NCBI RefSeq assembly: GCF_006345805.1
Contig: NC_043013.1
Coordinates: forward strand, 4,588,001 to 4,652,000
DNA from: Octopus sinensis
Lineage: Eukaryota
DNA: 64,000 nt
Reading direction: 5' to 3'
Shown here: positions 48,017 to 61,232 of the stretch, in pieces
Layout: every line of letters begins with the position of its first letter
Position numbering within the stretch: the first letter of the stretch is position 1
Made by a program: the position numbers and the translations under genes
The notes under the pieces: model-generated
Told to the model about the DNA's origin: nothing
Seen by the model: the letters and a program-made list of their open reading frames with translations, nothing else
The model's database searches: none

Positions 48017-48237
48017 CGTGTATGTTTGTGTGTCTGTGTTTGTCCCCCTAGCATTGCTTGACAACTGATCCTGGTAGGTTTATGCCCCCGTCACTTAGCG
48101 GTTCGGCAAAAGAGACCAATAGAATAAGTACTGGGCTTACAAAGAATAAGTCCCGGAGTCGATTTGCTCGACTAAAGGCAGTGCTCCAGCATGGCCACAG
48201 TCAAATGACTGAAACAAGTAAAAGAGAGTAAAGAGTA
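47813..48237 (+). mobile_element. SINE family B
   Basis: Full-length; ends about 110 bp upstream of USP31 exon 2. Confidence 0.9.
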
Positions 48238-48346
48238 TATCAGCTACCTTTTAATTATAATGAATAAAATAAAACCATAATTTGCATTTTCTGTTTTTGA
48301 AATTCAAAAGTTTATAAAGTGGAACTATTCTGTTTTCTTATTTCAG

Positions 48347-48679
48347 GGCAAATTTTCATCTGAAAAAAGATCAATGGTCTCAGAATTATCACTGAGTAAG
48401 CAGACTATAATCTATCAAATGTTCCGGGGTTTGTACCAGTCGTCTTTAACGTGCTTAAAATGTAGAAGACAAAGCAATACCTATGATCCTTATTTGTGTC
48501 TATCTCTTCCTTTACCTCAGATCTGTAACAGGGCAATTTATATTATCATTGTGTATCTAGATCCAAATGTAACTTTAAAAAGAATTGGAATTCTAATGAA
48601 AAATACTGAAACTTTTGGAGATTTACGGAAATGCTTGTCACAGTTACCATCACACTATCCAGCCATTCCCAAATTGAAA
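48347..48679 (+). CDS. USP31: USP31-like coding exon 2
   Basis: Acceptor TTTTCTTATTTCAG; 333 nt, phase 0-0; MFRGLYQSSLTCLKCRRQSNTYDPYLCLSLPLP (USP finger CxxC); donor AAA|GTAAGT. Confidence 0.9.
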
Positions 48680-49235
48680 GTAAGTACTATTGTTTCCTTT
48701 TATCAACTGTTTTATACCTTTGCAATTTTGGTGAATGTTGATATGTTCTACATCTTTTTATTCCCCATGGTGTGTAGGTTTAGACCTATTGCTTTGTGCA
48801 TAATAACCTCAACCATGAAATGGAATAGATTATATGATTATAAAATAGTGAAAATATTTAAACTTAGTCATTTTACATTGATAAGATGCATAAGTTCTAA
48901 TATTCTTTTCTTTATATGTAATTTCCATAGCTTCACTCTGACCCTCAGCATTAGCTAACAATGGTAGTTTGTGTTGCTTAGTCATTGTATATGGTGTGAA
49001 ATAGTTTTCTTGTTGACTGTTTTATGGTGGTCACCATTTTACTGAAATATTCTAAGAGTTTTCATTTAACATTGATTGTTTTCAAAGCATGTCTCATTAG
49101 AACAATTAGACGGTAAGTTGTCATTTTGTCCCCATATCCTTCCTATCCATCCCTCACCACCTCCTCAATGATGGCTGTACTTCTTTATATAATGATTTTG
49201 TGTGCATGTGTATATATGTTGAATATATGTGTGAG

Positions 49236-50756
49236 ATCATCATCATCATCATTGTTTAACGTCCGCTTTCCATGCTAGCATGGGTTGGACGATTTTGACT
49301 GAGGGCTGGTGAGCCAGATGGCTGTACCAGGCTCCACCCTTGATCTGGCAGAGTTTCAACAGCTGGATGCCCTTCCTAATGCCAACCACTCCGAGAGTGC
49401 AGTGGGTGCTTTTTACGTGCCACCAGCACGGAGGCCAGTCAGGCGGTACTGGCAATGACCTCGCTCGATATATATGTATATGTGTACATGTCTACATAGG
49501 AAGCACGTATGAGTGTGTGTTTGTGTACGTCTGTATGTTTATATATATATATATAGATGGCTATAGTGGTATAGGTGTGTATATACAGATTATTAGTCAT
49601 GTGTGTTTATATGTCTGAATATATGTCATACACATACTCACCATTGATGTGCTTGGCAGGATTGAGGAAAATATGTAAGCTATTGAGAAATAAATAGCAG
49701 CTTTCATAAGTATGTTGAAAGACTCAACATCTGGTAACAGGTGCTTACAAACATCTTTTCAGAAATTTAAGCCACTATCTCAAACACCCCATCACACTTC
49801 CGAAGTCTGATTCCACGGGCTGCTGCATAGAATGTTGGATCAATGAAAGACCAGTCTAGTGAAGTTGTTGAGATGTTAGAGCACTGGCATGTAGATGTGT
49901 GCTGTGTATAAGAGGTGAAATGGAGAGAAACCTCTACAAAACTCCTCCTGGACAGGAAACAGCGGTACAAACTCTTATGGGTACATAACATTGAAGGCAT
50001 ACTTTTAGTAGAGAAATGGACAGATAAACTGATCAAAATAGTCAGTGTGTGACAGGGTTTGTTAAGTTATGATTAGTATATGATTATTCAGCGGTAACAT
50101 TTACCTCAGCATACACTCCACATGTTGGATTGAAGGATCACTTCTATGAGTCCATCCTGAAAATTACTTTTGAATAAATAGTTCTTTTGCCAGTTGGATT
50201 ATGCAAATCAGTCTTCTATAGGATATTGCAACTAATGAACATAACTCTGAAGATTACATGTTGATAGAATACACTTCCTTCCTAGCTGCATTTCTTGCAT
50301 TGTAATAGATCATATGGAGTTCTAATTAAAACATTTCATGTTGTGTTATTTGAAATCGATCAACATTAATGGAAATTGTAGCTGTGATACCAGTGCCGGT
50401 GGCACGTAAGAGATCCATCCGAATGTGGCCATTGTCAGCACCGCCCCAACTGGCCTCCATGCCGGTGGCACGTAAAAAGCACCATCTGATCGTGGCCATT
50501 GCCAGCCTCACTAGGCCTCCGTGCCGGTGGCACGTAAAAAGCACCATCCGATCGTGGCCGTTTGCCAGCCTCGTCCGGCACGTAAAAAGCACCCACTACA
50601 CTCACGGAGTGGTTGGCGTTAGGGAGGGAATCCAGCCGTAGAAACACTGCCAGATCAGACTGGGCCTGGTGCAGCCTTCTGGCTTCACAGACTCCAGTTG
50701 AACCGTCCAACCTATGCTAGCATGGAAAGCAGATGCTGAACGATGATGATGATGAT
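49236..50756 (+). mobile_element. Inverted family C (49236-49467), RTE endonuclease N-terminal remnant (49640-50270), forward family C with internal tandem units (50340-50756)
   Basis: NVGSMKDQSSEVVEMLEHWHVDVCCV.EVKWR; (CAT)n at the left end and (GAT)n at the right end. Confidence 0.75.
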
Positions 50757-51019
50757 ATTTGTGTGTGAGTGAATGTTTTTCATATATATGTGTGTGTGTA
50801 TGCGTATGCCTCTGTATGTATATGTTTAAATAAGCTATTAAAGGTGAAATTTGAAGTTCCAGTCAACATAATATGCCCAAAGTATTTTACTCTACTAACT
50901 TTATAGAGTCCTATACTATCGGTACATATTTTATTGTTTCCTTCAAGTCAATCAGCAATACCAAATAAAATACACATATTTGTGTGTGTATGTGTGTGTT
51001 TGGGTAATTATATTTTTAT

Positions 51020-51428
51020 AGGTGCAGGAGTGGCTCTGTGGTAAGTAGCTTGTTTACCAACCACATGGTTCCGGGTTCAGTCCCACTGCTTGGCACTTTG
51101 GGCAAGTGTCTTCTACTATAGCCTCGGGCCGACCAAAGCCTTGTGAGTGGATTTGGTAGACGGAAACTCAAAGAAGCCCATCCTATATATGTATATATAT
51201 ATATGTGTGTGTGTGTGTGTTTTTGTGTCTGTGTTTGTCCCCCTAGCATTGCTTGACAACCGATGCTGGTGTGTTTACGTCCCCGTCACTTAGCGGCTCG
51301 GCAAAGAGACCGATTGAATAAGTACCGGGCTTACAAAGAATAAGTCCCGGGGTCGAGTTGCTCGACTAAAGGTGGTGCTCCAGCATGGCCGCAGTCAAAT
51401 GACTGAAACAAGTAAAAGAGTAAAGAGT
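51020..51428 (+). mobile_element. SINE family B
   Basis: Full-length copy in USP31 intron 2. Confidence 0.9.
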
Positions 51429-51952
51429 ATATATGTACATACATTTAATTATAAACACACATTCATAGGAAACTACATTGGTTCAGTTATAACCAGTACA
51501 CTTTATCCTCCCCTCCTGGACTCCCTACCATCGTTCCATTTCATTCTCTACCATATTCTTGATCTTTTGGACCAACTGTGTTCATTACTCTCTTCAGCCT
51601 TTCCTTCAGTACTGCCTGTCATCACTCTGTCATCACTCTATCTGCTATCATACCATTGCTCCTTTTCTCTCACACACTCCTATGTCATTGCTATATTTCC
51701 TGACTCATGTTGTTTTGTCTTTGCCCAGTCATATTACCTTCACTCATTCCCCATACCCAGTAAACTCTGTAAATTGTCAAAGGCATGGTATCTATCTAAT
51801 GCTAGTGCCATGAAAACTAGCATCCAGTATATTATGTAGAGTGGTTGGTGTTAGAAAGGTATCCAGCTGTAGAAGCTAAGCCAAAAATGAATCATCTGAG
51901 CAAGACGTGATCCTCTGGACCATCGACATGAACACTACCCCTGAATGTTAAG

Positions 51953-52395
51953 TTAAGTTAAGTTAATTTTGTCTCAAAAAGCAAAAAGCAAGGCCATGTA
52001 GGGGGACATGGAGTTATGTACAGGGGGGTGTTCATGCAAAAAGTTCAGGCCATTTGTGGTCAAGGGAGACTTTGAACCAAGCGATCGTCAGCATCTTCAC
52101 TATTTCATCCAGCAGCTTATTCCACGGATCCGCAACCCGGACGGAGAAAGCCCCTCTCGTTCGATTGAGATGAAATCGTCGCAAATAGAGCTTTTCGGAG
52201 TGACCCCGCAGCCGACGCTCTGGAGCAGGAGTGAAGAACAGCTCTTTCGAGAGGTTACACTTCCCGCTTATGATGTTGTGAGCAAGAATGAAATCACCAT
52301 GGCGTCGTCGTTTTTCTAGAGAATAAAGGTCGAGCGTCTTCAGCCTTTCTTCATAAGACAAATGCTTGAGACCAAGAACCATGCAGGTAGCCAGC
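51953..52395 (-). mobile_element. CR1-clade LINE ORF2 3' fragment
   Basis: ORF LKHLSYEERLKTLDLYSLEKRR..GD...RLRGHSEKLY..RF.LN..RGAFSVRVADPWNKL. Confidence 0.9.
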
Positions 52396-54712
52396 TTCTG
52401 GACTCTAAGGCAACTTGATCAGCTTATGCCTGCATGGAATGTGGATGTAAAATGATGATGATGATGGTTGTGGTGGCGGTGGCGGCGGTGTCGTCGTCAT
52501 CACCATGTGTGTGTGTATACAAGCATTAGCGATGGCAGCTGTTGTATTCAAAGATTTTCAGTTTCTTCTTGACTGGGTGAGCCCTCTATGTTGATAGGAT
52601 AGCCTGGGAAAGCCTTTCACCATATGAAGCAGACAGGAACCAAGATGGTAAGGAAGATCTAACAAATAGTATAGTTATTGTTGCATCATGCATTTTTTAC
52701 ATTTTCCTCAACTTTTCTTTTTCTTTTCTCTTTCAAACGGCCAATTTCAATGATAAAGTGATGCCAGTTGGAGCAGTGCTGAACTGCAGTTACTCATATT
52801 TTGTCTCAGTTTCAGCCAATGTAAGGCTTAACATTTGCTGGACTTTGTAATGTTGGAAATAGTATCCTCATGGTCTTTTCCCTGTGGTTAATTCACTGTA
52901 GAGAATTTAAGGAGTTCATTTCTCTTTCATTCTAACCACGTGTAACCGGTGCTTCATTATGGTAGATTCTATGTTTTAACTTTCGGATTTTTTGAGGATA
53001 GTATTATTGATTCTATAATCCTCCTATTTGATATTTAAGATGGCACTGACCTTTTGTTGATGGAAATGCTTCAGTTTTTTGCTGTCCTGCTGAATAAGTG
53101 TCCATATTTCACAACTGTATAACAAAACTGAAATTACGATGCTCTGATAAACCATTAGTTTTGTTTTTTGGGATTAGATGTTTGCTTTGAAAGACCCATT
53201 TTGCCAGTTTGCTTGCAAGACAGATCTTTAAGAGCTGAATGGGATGATCCAATTAAAAATTTCACATCCCTTACAGAAGTACAGTTGTTGGGAAGACTTC
53301 CAAGATAGGGAATGAGAGGAGGACTAGAGAATAAAGGAGGAATTCCTATATTAAGAATGAGTAGATGAAAAGAAGGAAAATAAAATGTGAATTTAAACCC
53401 ACCAGTGCCATAGTTCTGAGTCTGAATACAATATAGTATTCCTTACACTTGTTTGAGTGTGAATCGCTAAAACATGATATGCAGAGATGTCAGATGCTGA
53501 TAGGTGGTTAGTGGAATGGTTCATTTTATTAAAGTGCACGATGACACATTGGCTGGGTATACATAGTAGAATACTACAAATGTGTTTGTGAGAGCAGTCA
53601 GCAAGGCAGCAGCCCGTTGCACTGCAAAGTTTGCAAGTAATGTATTTATTGATGTTTGGTTGTAGTGCAGCAGAGATTTTGTGCTATGTGGTGGTACTAC
53701 TACTTAGAACCAATAGTAGTAGTTGTAGCTTTATTGTAGAGACATGTGATGTTTATAGGTTCAGAGTGTAGGATTTAGAAGCTGTGAATGAGTGTGCATT
53801 TCAACAGGAGCTGGGGTTGAATAGGTGGAAGGCAAGGGAGAGGGAACATGTTTTGTAGGTGTGCATAAAGAGAGTAAGAGACAATTGACAAGGTTGATGG
53901 CCTGCGCATGGAAGAGTACAGTGTTAACAACTGGTCACAGAATAACCTTCATTGAAGAAGAAGAGGAGTTGCATTTCTTTTTTCACATTTTAATTCTGAA
54001 TCAGTACTATAAAATCAACATCCTTCTTAGTACTCCACAAGAGGCAGACTCCCATTATGTTGCACTCTCCAGCTAGTTTTATCTCAGGTACAGGGTGATT
54101 TGGAACAATCTATGAAACAGATGTGACATCCATCAATTGGATATCAAATGTAAATGTGGAGGTATGAAAGACACCATACAAAACAACATAAATGCATTAT
54201 CATCAATCTCTATAAGGTGGTTGGGCGTTAGGAAGGGCATCCAGCCATAAAAACTCTGCCAAAACAGTGAAGTCTAGTGCAGTCTTCTGCCAAGTCAGCC
54301 CCTGTCAAACCATCCAACCCATACCAGCAGGGAAAACAGTCATTAAATAATAATGAGGATGATGATAATGAAGAAGAGTATTTTTGTGAAAATACATAAG
54401 TCCTGTTTCAAACCAAGTAAAAAGTAGAAATAGAAAGGACATTCAGATGTTGGTATATTTACATCCCCATAACTTAGTGGTTCAGCTAAAGTTACTGATA
54501 GAATAAGTACTAGGCTTAAAAAAAATAAGTCCAGGGGTCAATTCTAAAACCCATTCAAGGCAGTGTCCCAGCATGGCCACAGTCAAATGATTGAAACAAG
54601 TAAAAGAAAAAAATTTACCATTGAAACAAATAAAATATAAAGCCAGATGTCAAAAGGCAGAATCAAAGCATGTATAGCAGGATTCAAAATAATTAGACTT
54701 GTACAAATTTAT

Positions 54713-55318
54713 ACAGGAGTGGCTGTGTGGTAAGTAGCTTGCTAACCAACCACATGGTTCTGGGTTCAGTCCCACTGCGTGGCATCTTGGGCAAGTGTCT
54801 TCTGCTATAGCCTCGGGCCGACCAATGCCTTGTGAGTGGATTTGGTAGACAGAAACTGAAAGAAGCCTGTCGTATCATCATCATCATCATTTAGCGTCCG
54901 CTTTCCATGCTAGCATGGGTTGGACGGTTCAACCAGGGTCTGTGAAGTTGGAAGGCTTCGTCAGGCCCAGTCAGATCTGGCAGTGTTTCTACGGCTGGAT
55001 GCCCTTCCTAACGCCAACCACTCCGTGAGTGTAGTGGGTGCTTTTTACGTGCCACCTGCACGTATATATGTATATATATATATATGTATGTGTATATTTG
55101 TGTGTCTGTGTTTGTCCCCCTAGCATTGCTTGACAACCGATGCTGGTGTGTTTATGTCCCCGTCACTTAGCAGTTCGGCAAAAGAGACCGATAAAATAAG
55201 TACTGGGCTTACAAAGAATAAGTCCCGGGGTCGATTTGCTTGACTAAAGGCGGTGCTCCAGCATGGCCGCAGTCAAAATGACTGAAACAAGTAAAAGAGT
55301 AAAGAGTAAAAGAGTAAT
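54713..55318 (+). mobile_element. SINE family B interrupted by an inverted family C element (about 54875-55060)
   Basis: B head 54713-54875, then (CAT)n plus family C, then the B 3' half; CGTAT on both sides of the insert. Confidence 0.85.
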
Positions 55319-55452
55319 AAGATTATTAGTGTGAAGGCAGGTATTTATATATTTCTGCTTCTCTGGTATAATTTTGTCTTTTATACATGCATAATTATTT
55401 TGTGATTTATGCAAAAATTAGTTATGTTTACTAAAACACTTATTTATTTCAG

Positions 55453-55703
55453 TATCTCCTATGCCAAATTGATGATAATGGATATTGCAATTCATACAGC
55501 GATTCCAAATTATTATCTGATGTGGCTGAATCTGAAGATATTTACTTGTTTGAGCTACCAACTCCTGTATTTCAACCAGAAATATCTCTTACTTCAAATT
55601 TTCATGACCAACAAGACAGAAGGCACTCCTATGAAATGTCTTCAATAAATATTTTACTTGTTCATGCTGAACAAATAAACAGTACAGCAGTTAGTGGAAA
55701 ATG
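55453..55703 (+). CDS. USP31: USP31-like coding exon 3
   Basis: Acceptor TATTTATTTCAG; YLLCQIDDNGYCNSYSDSKLLSDVAESEDIYLFELP...; donor TG|GTTAGT; phase 0-2 consistent with neighbouring exons. Confidence 0.8.
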
Positions 55704-55747
55704 GTTAGTAAATATTTTGCAAAAGTTGTCCATTTTCATTTTACTAA

Positions 55748-55915
<168 letters not shown>

Positions 55916-57825
55916 TTTGGTAATAGTATCAGGTTTGTGGTTTTGACATTTGTACTACCCCTTCCTATATCTATAAATAGAAAAAATTCTTTGTCTCCAT
56001 CCAACCAAAAATAAAACCCCCCTCCCCACTGACAGATCTAAATAACAAAGTGAACTCAATGATAAAATCTACAGTCAGAGAGTGAATATACTACTATCAT
56101 GTTCTTAAGAATGAAATCAACCTCTCTGTCTATATATCTACCCTCTTTATAATGTTGGCAAATGAAATAGGGATAAGAATGTGCATTGTCCGTTTGATTG
56201 GAAAATTCTATATGTGCCTGAAGATTGCTCGACATTTTAAAACTGGTGTAATACATACAGTGTTTAATAAAATGAAGTAACATGAAACAATTGTACTACT
56301 TTACCTTGGATATACTTGTTGCTTATTTTGATTTTATATATATATTCATTTTCCCAATATTGAGAAAGCAGCTATTTCTTCTTGGAACCATTCTAATTCA
56401 TAATTAGCACTTGAATCTGAAGCATCATGATAAAACAATGATAACATTTATCTTGTTGATGAGAAAATAAAGCAAAACATACAGAAGTGCTAACTTCTAT
56501 GTAAAATAAAACCTTCTCACTATCATCTGTGAGTAGTCTATGTATTACGTTATCTGTAGTACCATCTATTTGAACATAGCTGACATTTAACAACTTCTTT
56601 AGTTTTATATCCATCACCCAAGGATATATATTGATATATTATACACAGGTTGTAGAATCGGTTGCACCTCACTCTCATTAGACATATGTATACACACTAC
56701 AAACGACATGACAATTTTTAACATGTCCATTCAGTTTGTAACAAAATCTAAACTGTCTAAATGTTTTATCTTATGCTAATGTGCGTGCTTGTCCATATAA
56801 ATACATGTGCAAGGACAATGCCTCGCATTCTTTTCTGATAAGGTATACAATGGTGGCTTTTAAGTTAGCTATAGTAATACAGTTTCAAATAAAAGATAGC
56901 ATGCAAAATGTTCATGAGCCAACTGCTTACTTTCAAAGAATTTATAGACAGATAATATCAGTAGTAAGGCTACGAAATATAACAGGCTTTCATATTGATT
57001 CCATCACTAAATTTACTCCAAACCTGGCAGCCAAGAGCTATAGTAGAAGACATTTCCCAAGGTATCATACAGCTGGATTGATCATATAGACACAGTTGTA
57101 AAGTGAATTTTTCAACCACACAACCATACCTATTCTTATATATGTATGAAGTCAAATAACTTTAGAAATGGAAAGTTAATTTCATGCCTATTTTGCACTT
57201 ATTAACTCCTCTCTTCTTCTCATTTTATTACCTTATATTCACAGTCACAGAGCACAATAAATTCCTTTGTCAACCACAGAGTCTCTATATGGTTGGTTGG
57301 ACTACAAGAAATAGCAACTGAATCTTGTTCAAATCATACTTTGCCTCCTTTTAAAATTCCAGATACAAACTTGGCTAGTAGAAATATGAGTCAGCCACAG
57401 CTGGATCAACTCTATACAAAGTAAAGTGATGTCCTACATTAGAGTACTAATTCAAATAGCTAGGACTTAGCACCTGTTATTTTTATGCAACATTACATAC
57501 AATATTAAAAGAATCATGATTGACAAACTGTTAATTTCCAATGTTTAATAAAACTTTTCTTCTTTACCCTGTTGTATCCTTTCTACAATTTCCACTCCTA
57601 CTACAATAATTCTGTTCATCAAAGCTGATAAGATAGCACTAACACAAAAATACTTAATGCTCCAATCTTTCTTGTTATTATTCATGCAGCTTTAATCTCC
57701 TAGACACAATCTTAAATTATATCCTTAATCCTCCCATTTTAGAATCACATCATTCTGGAACACCTGCTCTACTCATTTTTGGATTTGGTTTGCAACATTC
57801 TTTATATGGGTTCGTGTGTTGAAAC

Positions 57826-58093
57826 ATTCTGTTGTGTCTGGGGAGAGTCATTTTCTTTTTGTGCCCTATAATGTAACACACTCACCGGTAAAATTTCCAC
57901 TTATTTCTTATTTTTATTTTCCTAAAATTTTCATTGTGTCATGCAACCTTAACCTTTTCAATACTGAAAAGGTTGCAAGATGCAACGAAAATTTTGGGAA
58001 AATAAAAATAAGAAATAAGTGGAAATTTTACCGGTGAGTGTGTTACATTATAGGGCACAAAAAGAAAATGACTCTCCTCAGACACAACAGAAT
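57826..58093. repeat. Long near-perfect inverted repeat (fold-back)
   Basis: About 110-bp arms plus an inner hairpin AACCTTTTCAATACTGAAAAGGTT. Confidence 0.92.
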
Positions 58094-59599
58094 ATGCTCT
58101 ACTCATGTTTTCTTTCAAACCCTGTATTCGAATTGAGTTTAAATCATTAACTTCATGTAGTTACCTTGATCACAAGTCTTGAAGGAAAAGGAAAAAAAGC
58201 AGCAGTTGATTCTGTTTCTTCTCCTCTCCCCTTCTTTTTCCATACCTTACTATTTATTGTCCTGAAGTGGAAATTGTTTATTAGAATTAGAAATATTTCT
58301 ATATATTCTCTATTGTTAGGCTTTCTGTATTATTCACAACAAATTCAAATGTCAGATTTTTATGAAAAGCAATTTTTATGCAGTAGATATGAAATATTTA
58401 GACTCATTTTATCTCTTGTGTATATTTTCCTAAAACAGTGATTAGTTCTGATTCTATTCAATGAGAAATTACTTCATGTTTGATGTTTTTCTTTCTGTTT
58501 TGTTGATGAGATTTTCAATGCTTCCTTCTTCAAATCCAGCAGACTTCATTCTCTGACCATTTTGTTTCTTATTTCATAATATATAAGAAATTTTTCTACA
58601 GTATTTCAATTTAGATGAACATCTCTTCTAGTGAAGATCTCTCACTTGCTGTAGCTGCTGGGATTGACCATCTCTTTTGGCTAAGCAAGTTGATGCTAAG
58701 GGTAAACAGTGTGGAATTGGAGAAGTCCTAATCAATTAACGGATTTGAACTTTAAGAGGCAGGGGTGGAGTGGTAGTTAATGAGTTTTCTTGGTTACTTG
58801 ACTCATTCTCTTTTGAGAGGCATAACCATAACTTTACACTCCAAAAATTCTTTGGTTTTTTGTCTGTTTAAGAATCAATTATTTCGTCATACATTTGTGA
58901 CCTCTTCAATGGCACTTTCCATCCTCGTGTATGCTCCTGCTCTGCTTAGTCCATTCTGTTCTTCTATCAATTATTTCTTTATTCCTTAAAGTGGTGAAGC
59001 TGTTTCAAGCTTTATAATTACTCAGTATTTTTAGAGTCAGCTGCAGTTTCCAACTCTTAAGGAAAAGACAGTAAATATTATATTAAAGTCTGGAGACTAA
59101 TAAATAATTATTCTTTTTAATTGAAAGAAATAATCATTTATTAATCAACATCACAAGTTTTTCTGTACTTTAAGAGAATATATCTTTTACTTTTTTTCCC
59201 CCCCATCTCAAAAGATTTCATTGTGTATTATTCTCATCTGAGTTTAAATGCTGCTGAGATTAACTTTGCTTTTCATCCTTTCAGAGTCAATAAACTAAGT
59301 ACCAGTTGAGCACTGAAGTCAATGTAATCAACTTACCCTAAAATTACTGGTATTATGCTAAAATTTGAAATCATTATTTATTGATTCCACAGTTTCATTT
59401 CAAGGACATCACTGTTAGTATTATTTCATTGTTAAACTAGCTGGAATGTCATAATATCTTCTACACATCCTTAAAATATATTGTTCAAAAAACTGAGGTT
59501 ATTACTTTTACCTGCAAATTGTTTCAACCTTATGCACTTTTGAGGTTCACTTAGAGTTTTTATTTGCCAAAATGTTGCCTCACTTTCAATTCACCCAGG

Positions 59600-59926
59600 G
59601 TAAAGGGTAAAAACCCCCTTCAGTCATGAATGACCATGAAATTGCAACTAGAAAGTTACCCTCCCAGGCACAAGTCCAGGCAAGGTTGTTTATGGAAGAC
59701 CAGCAGTCACCAATGCATACCAACCTCCTCTTTCCATGCCACCAATGTTATCCAAGGGAAAAGCTGATACAGCTTGATACCAGTAGTGTTGCAACTCATT
59801 TCTACAGCTGAGTGGACTGGAGCAATGTGAAATAAAGTGTCTTGCTCAAGGACACAACATACAGCCTGGTCAAACTCACTACCTTATGATTGTGACCCCA
59901 ACGCTCTAACCACTGAACCATATGCC
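59600..59926 (-). mobile_element. tRNA-derived SINE (further family, TGTGTCCTTGAGCAAGACACTT domain)
   Basis: Minus-strand head GGTTCAGTGGTTAGAGCGTT..., followed by a CORE-like domain. Confidence 0.7.
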
Positions 59927-60490
59927 CAATACCTGAATATCTGATGCTTTATTTGATGGGCATTATTTTATTTTGTTTTATTTTTAACTCGGTCTATCCT
60001 TAATATCTTTTCTCCCTTCTGTCTTTCTTAGACAGTGATTTGACAATCATTGCCTTATCAAGGAAACTCACTCCATTTGTTTACTGTGCAATTTCTTCCC
60101 ATCAAACTCTTGGGTCCAAACCAGCTAATTGGTCAGGACATCCCAATTCTACACTGATTATTCTTAGTATGAGGTGTGTTCTCACCTTGGCTCATCTTAG
60201 CTAATCAAGTGATTTTTTCAATTTACCACCATTTCTCTCTCTCTGTCTCTCTCTCTCTCTCTCCCTCCCTTTCTCTCTTTTTCTCTTCTAGCTCTCTACT
60301 TTATGTCTCAAGTGATTGTATTTTGAGTTATTTCTTATTTATACATGCTTCTGTGTAGAAACATTATTTTGTCAAAAAGAAAAAAATTATGTTCATTTAA
60401 ATGTATTTTTTTCTTGGAAGTGAATTAATATGTAATAACTAAATATTTAAAATATGACATTGGATTCTTGAAGTCTTATACTATTTTCAG

Positions 60491-60608
60491 CATCAGATTC
60501 TGTTGCCCTCACATCATCTCTGTTCTTCGAGACATAAGCTATCCAGATTTACAAAACAGGATATTGCAAAGCTTGGGACCAGCCTTGAAAGAAAATTTAT
60601 CAAATTAT
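60491..60608 (+). CDS. USP31: USP31-like coding exon 4
   Basis: Acceptor TACTATTTTCAG; phase 2-0; (C)IRFCCPHIISVLRDISYPDLQNRILQSLGPALKENLSNY; donor TAT|GTAAGA. The gene continues beyond the window (His box not seen). Confidence 0.8.
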
Positions 60609-61010
60609 GTAAGAATAAAAGTTCATATCTATTATCACATGATATCTATTATCACATGATATCTATTATCACATGTAAATTTTTATTCTGTTGGGATTAT
60701 TTTTTTTCAATCCTTATTCATTTTAGCGATGCAAACGAATTTAATTGTAAAACATTTTTTTTTTTTAATTTATTAGTCTGAACAAAAGGAACAGTGCCCA
60801 ACTTTATTTTCAAAACCTCCGAGCCTGAGAGATCAAGATGACTAGTTGAAGTTAGTGCGGTTAATGTTTAGTTTGAACTTTTTTCTGGAAAACAGAGACA
60901 CAGGATTTTCTAAAGAATGAGGTTATTGGGGAGTATGAGACGGAGGGATTCAAAAGTGGTTTTTAGGTTGAACATTTATAAGATGTTTTATATATTTTTG
61001 ATTTTTTTAA

Positions 61011-61232
61011 CCCTTTTGTTACCATATTTATTTTGGGATGCTCTGTGTTTCTTTCAATTAATTTTAAATATAACAAATAATTTAGTAAAATAACTTGGTT
61101 ATCATTCAGCTAGTGTCAGGAACATAAATTGTGACTAAGGTTTGGTGGAAGATTTTAATTCAAAATTTATGAAAACAAGACATTTATACTACAGAGCCAG
61201 AGGTGGTTTTGGCCGGGTTGGTATCAAAAGGG
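61011..61232. mobile_element. piggyBac-type MITE (second family)
   Basis: TTAA|CCCTTTTGTTACC ... GGTATCAAAAGGG|TTAA. Confidence 0.85.

Noticed and set aside
50385-50590. CRISPR-like repeat array
   Set aside because: Units are contiguous diverged tandem copies without unique spacers, inside a eukaryotic retroelement; no cas genes.
34300-52395. All three CR1 fragments lie antisense to USP31
   Set aside because: Three copies (one upstream of the gene) are too few to claim an orientation bias.
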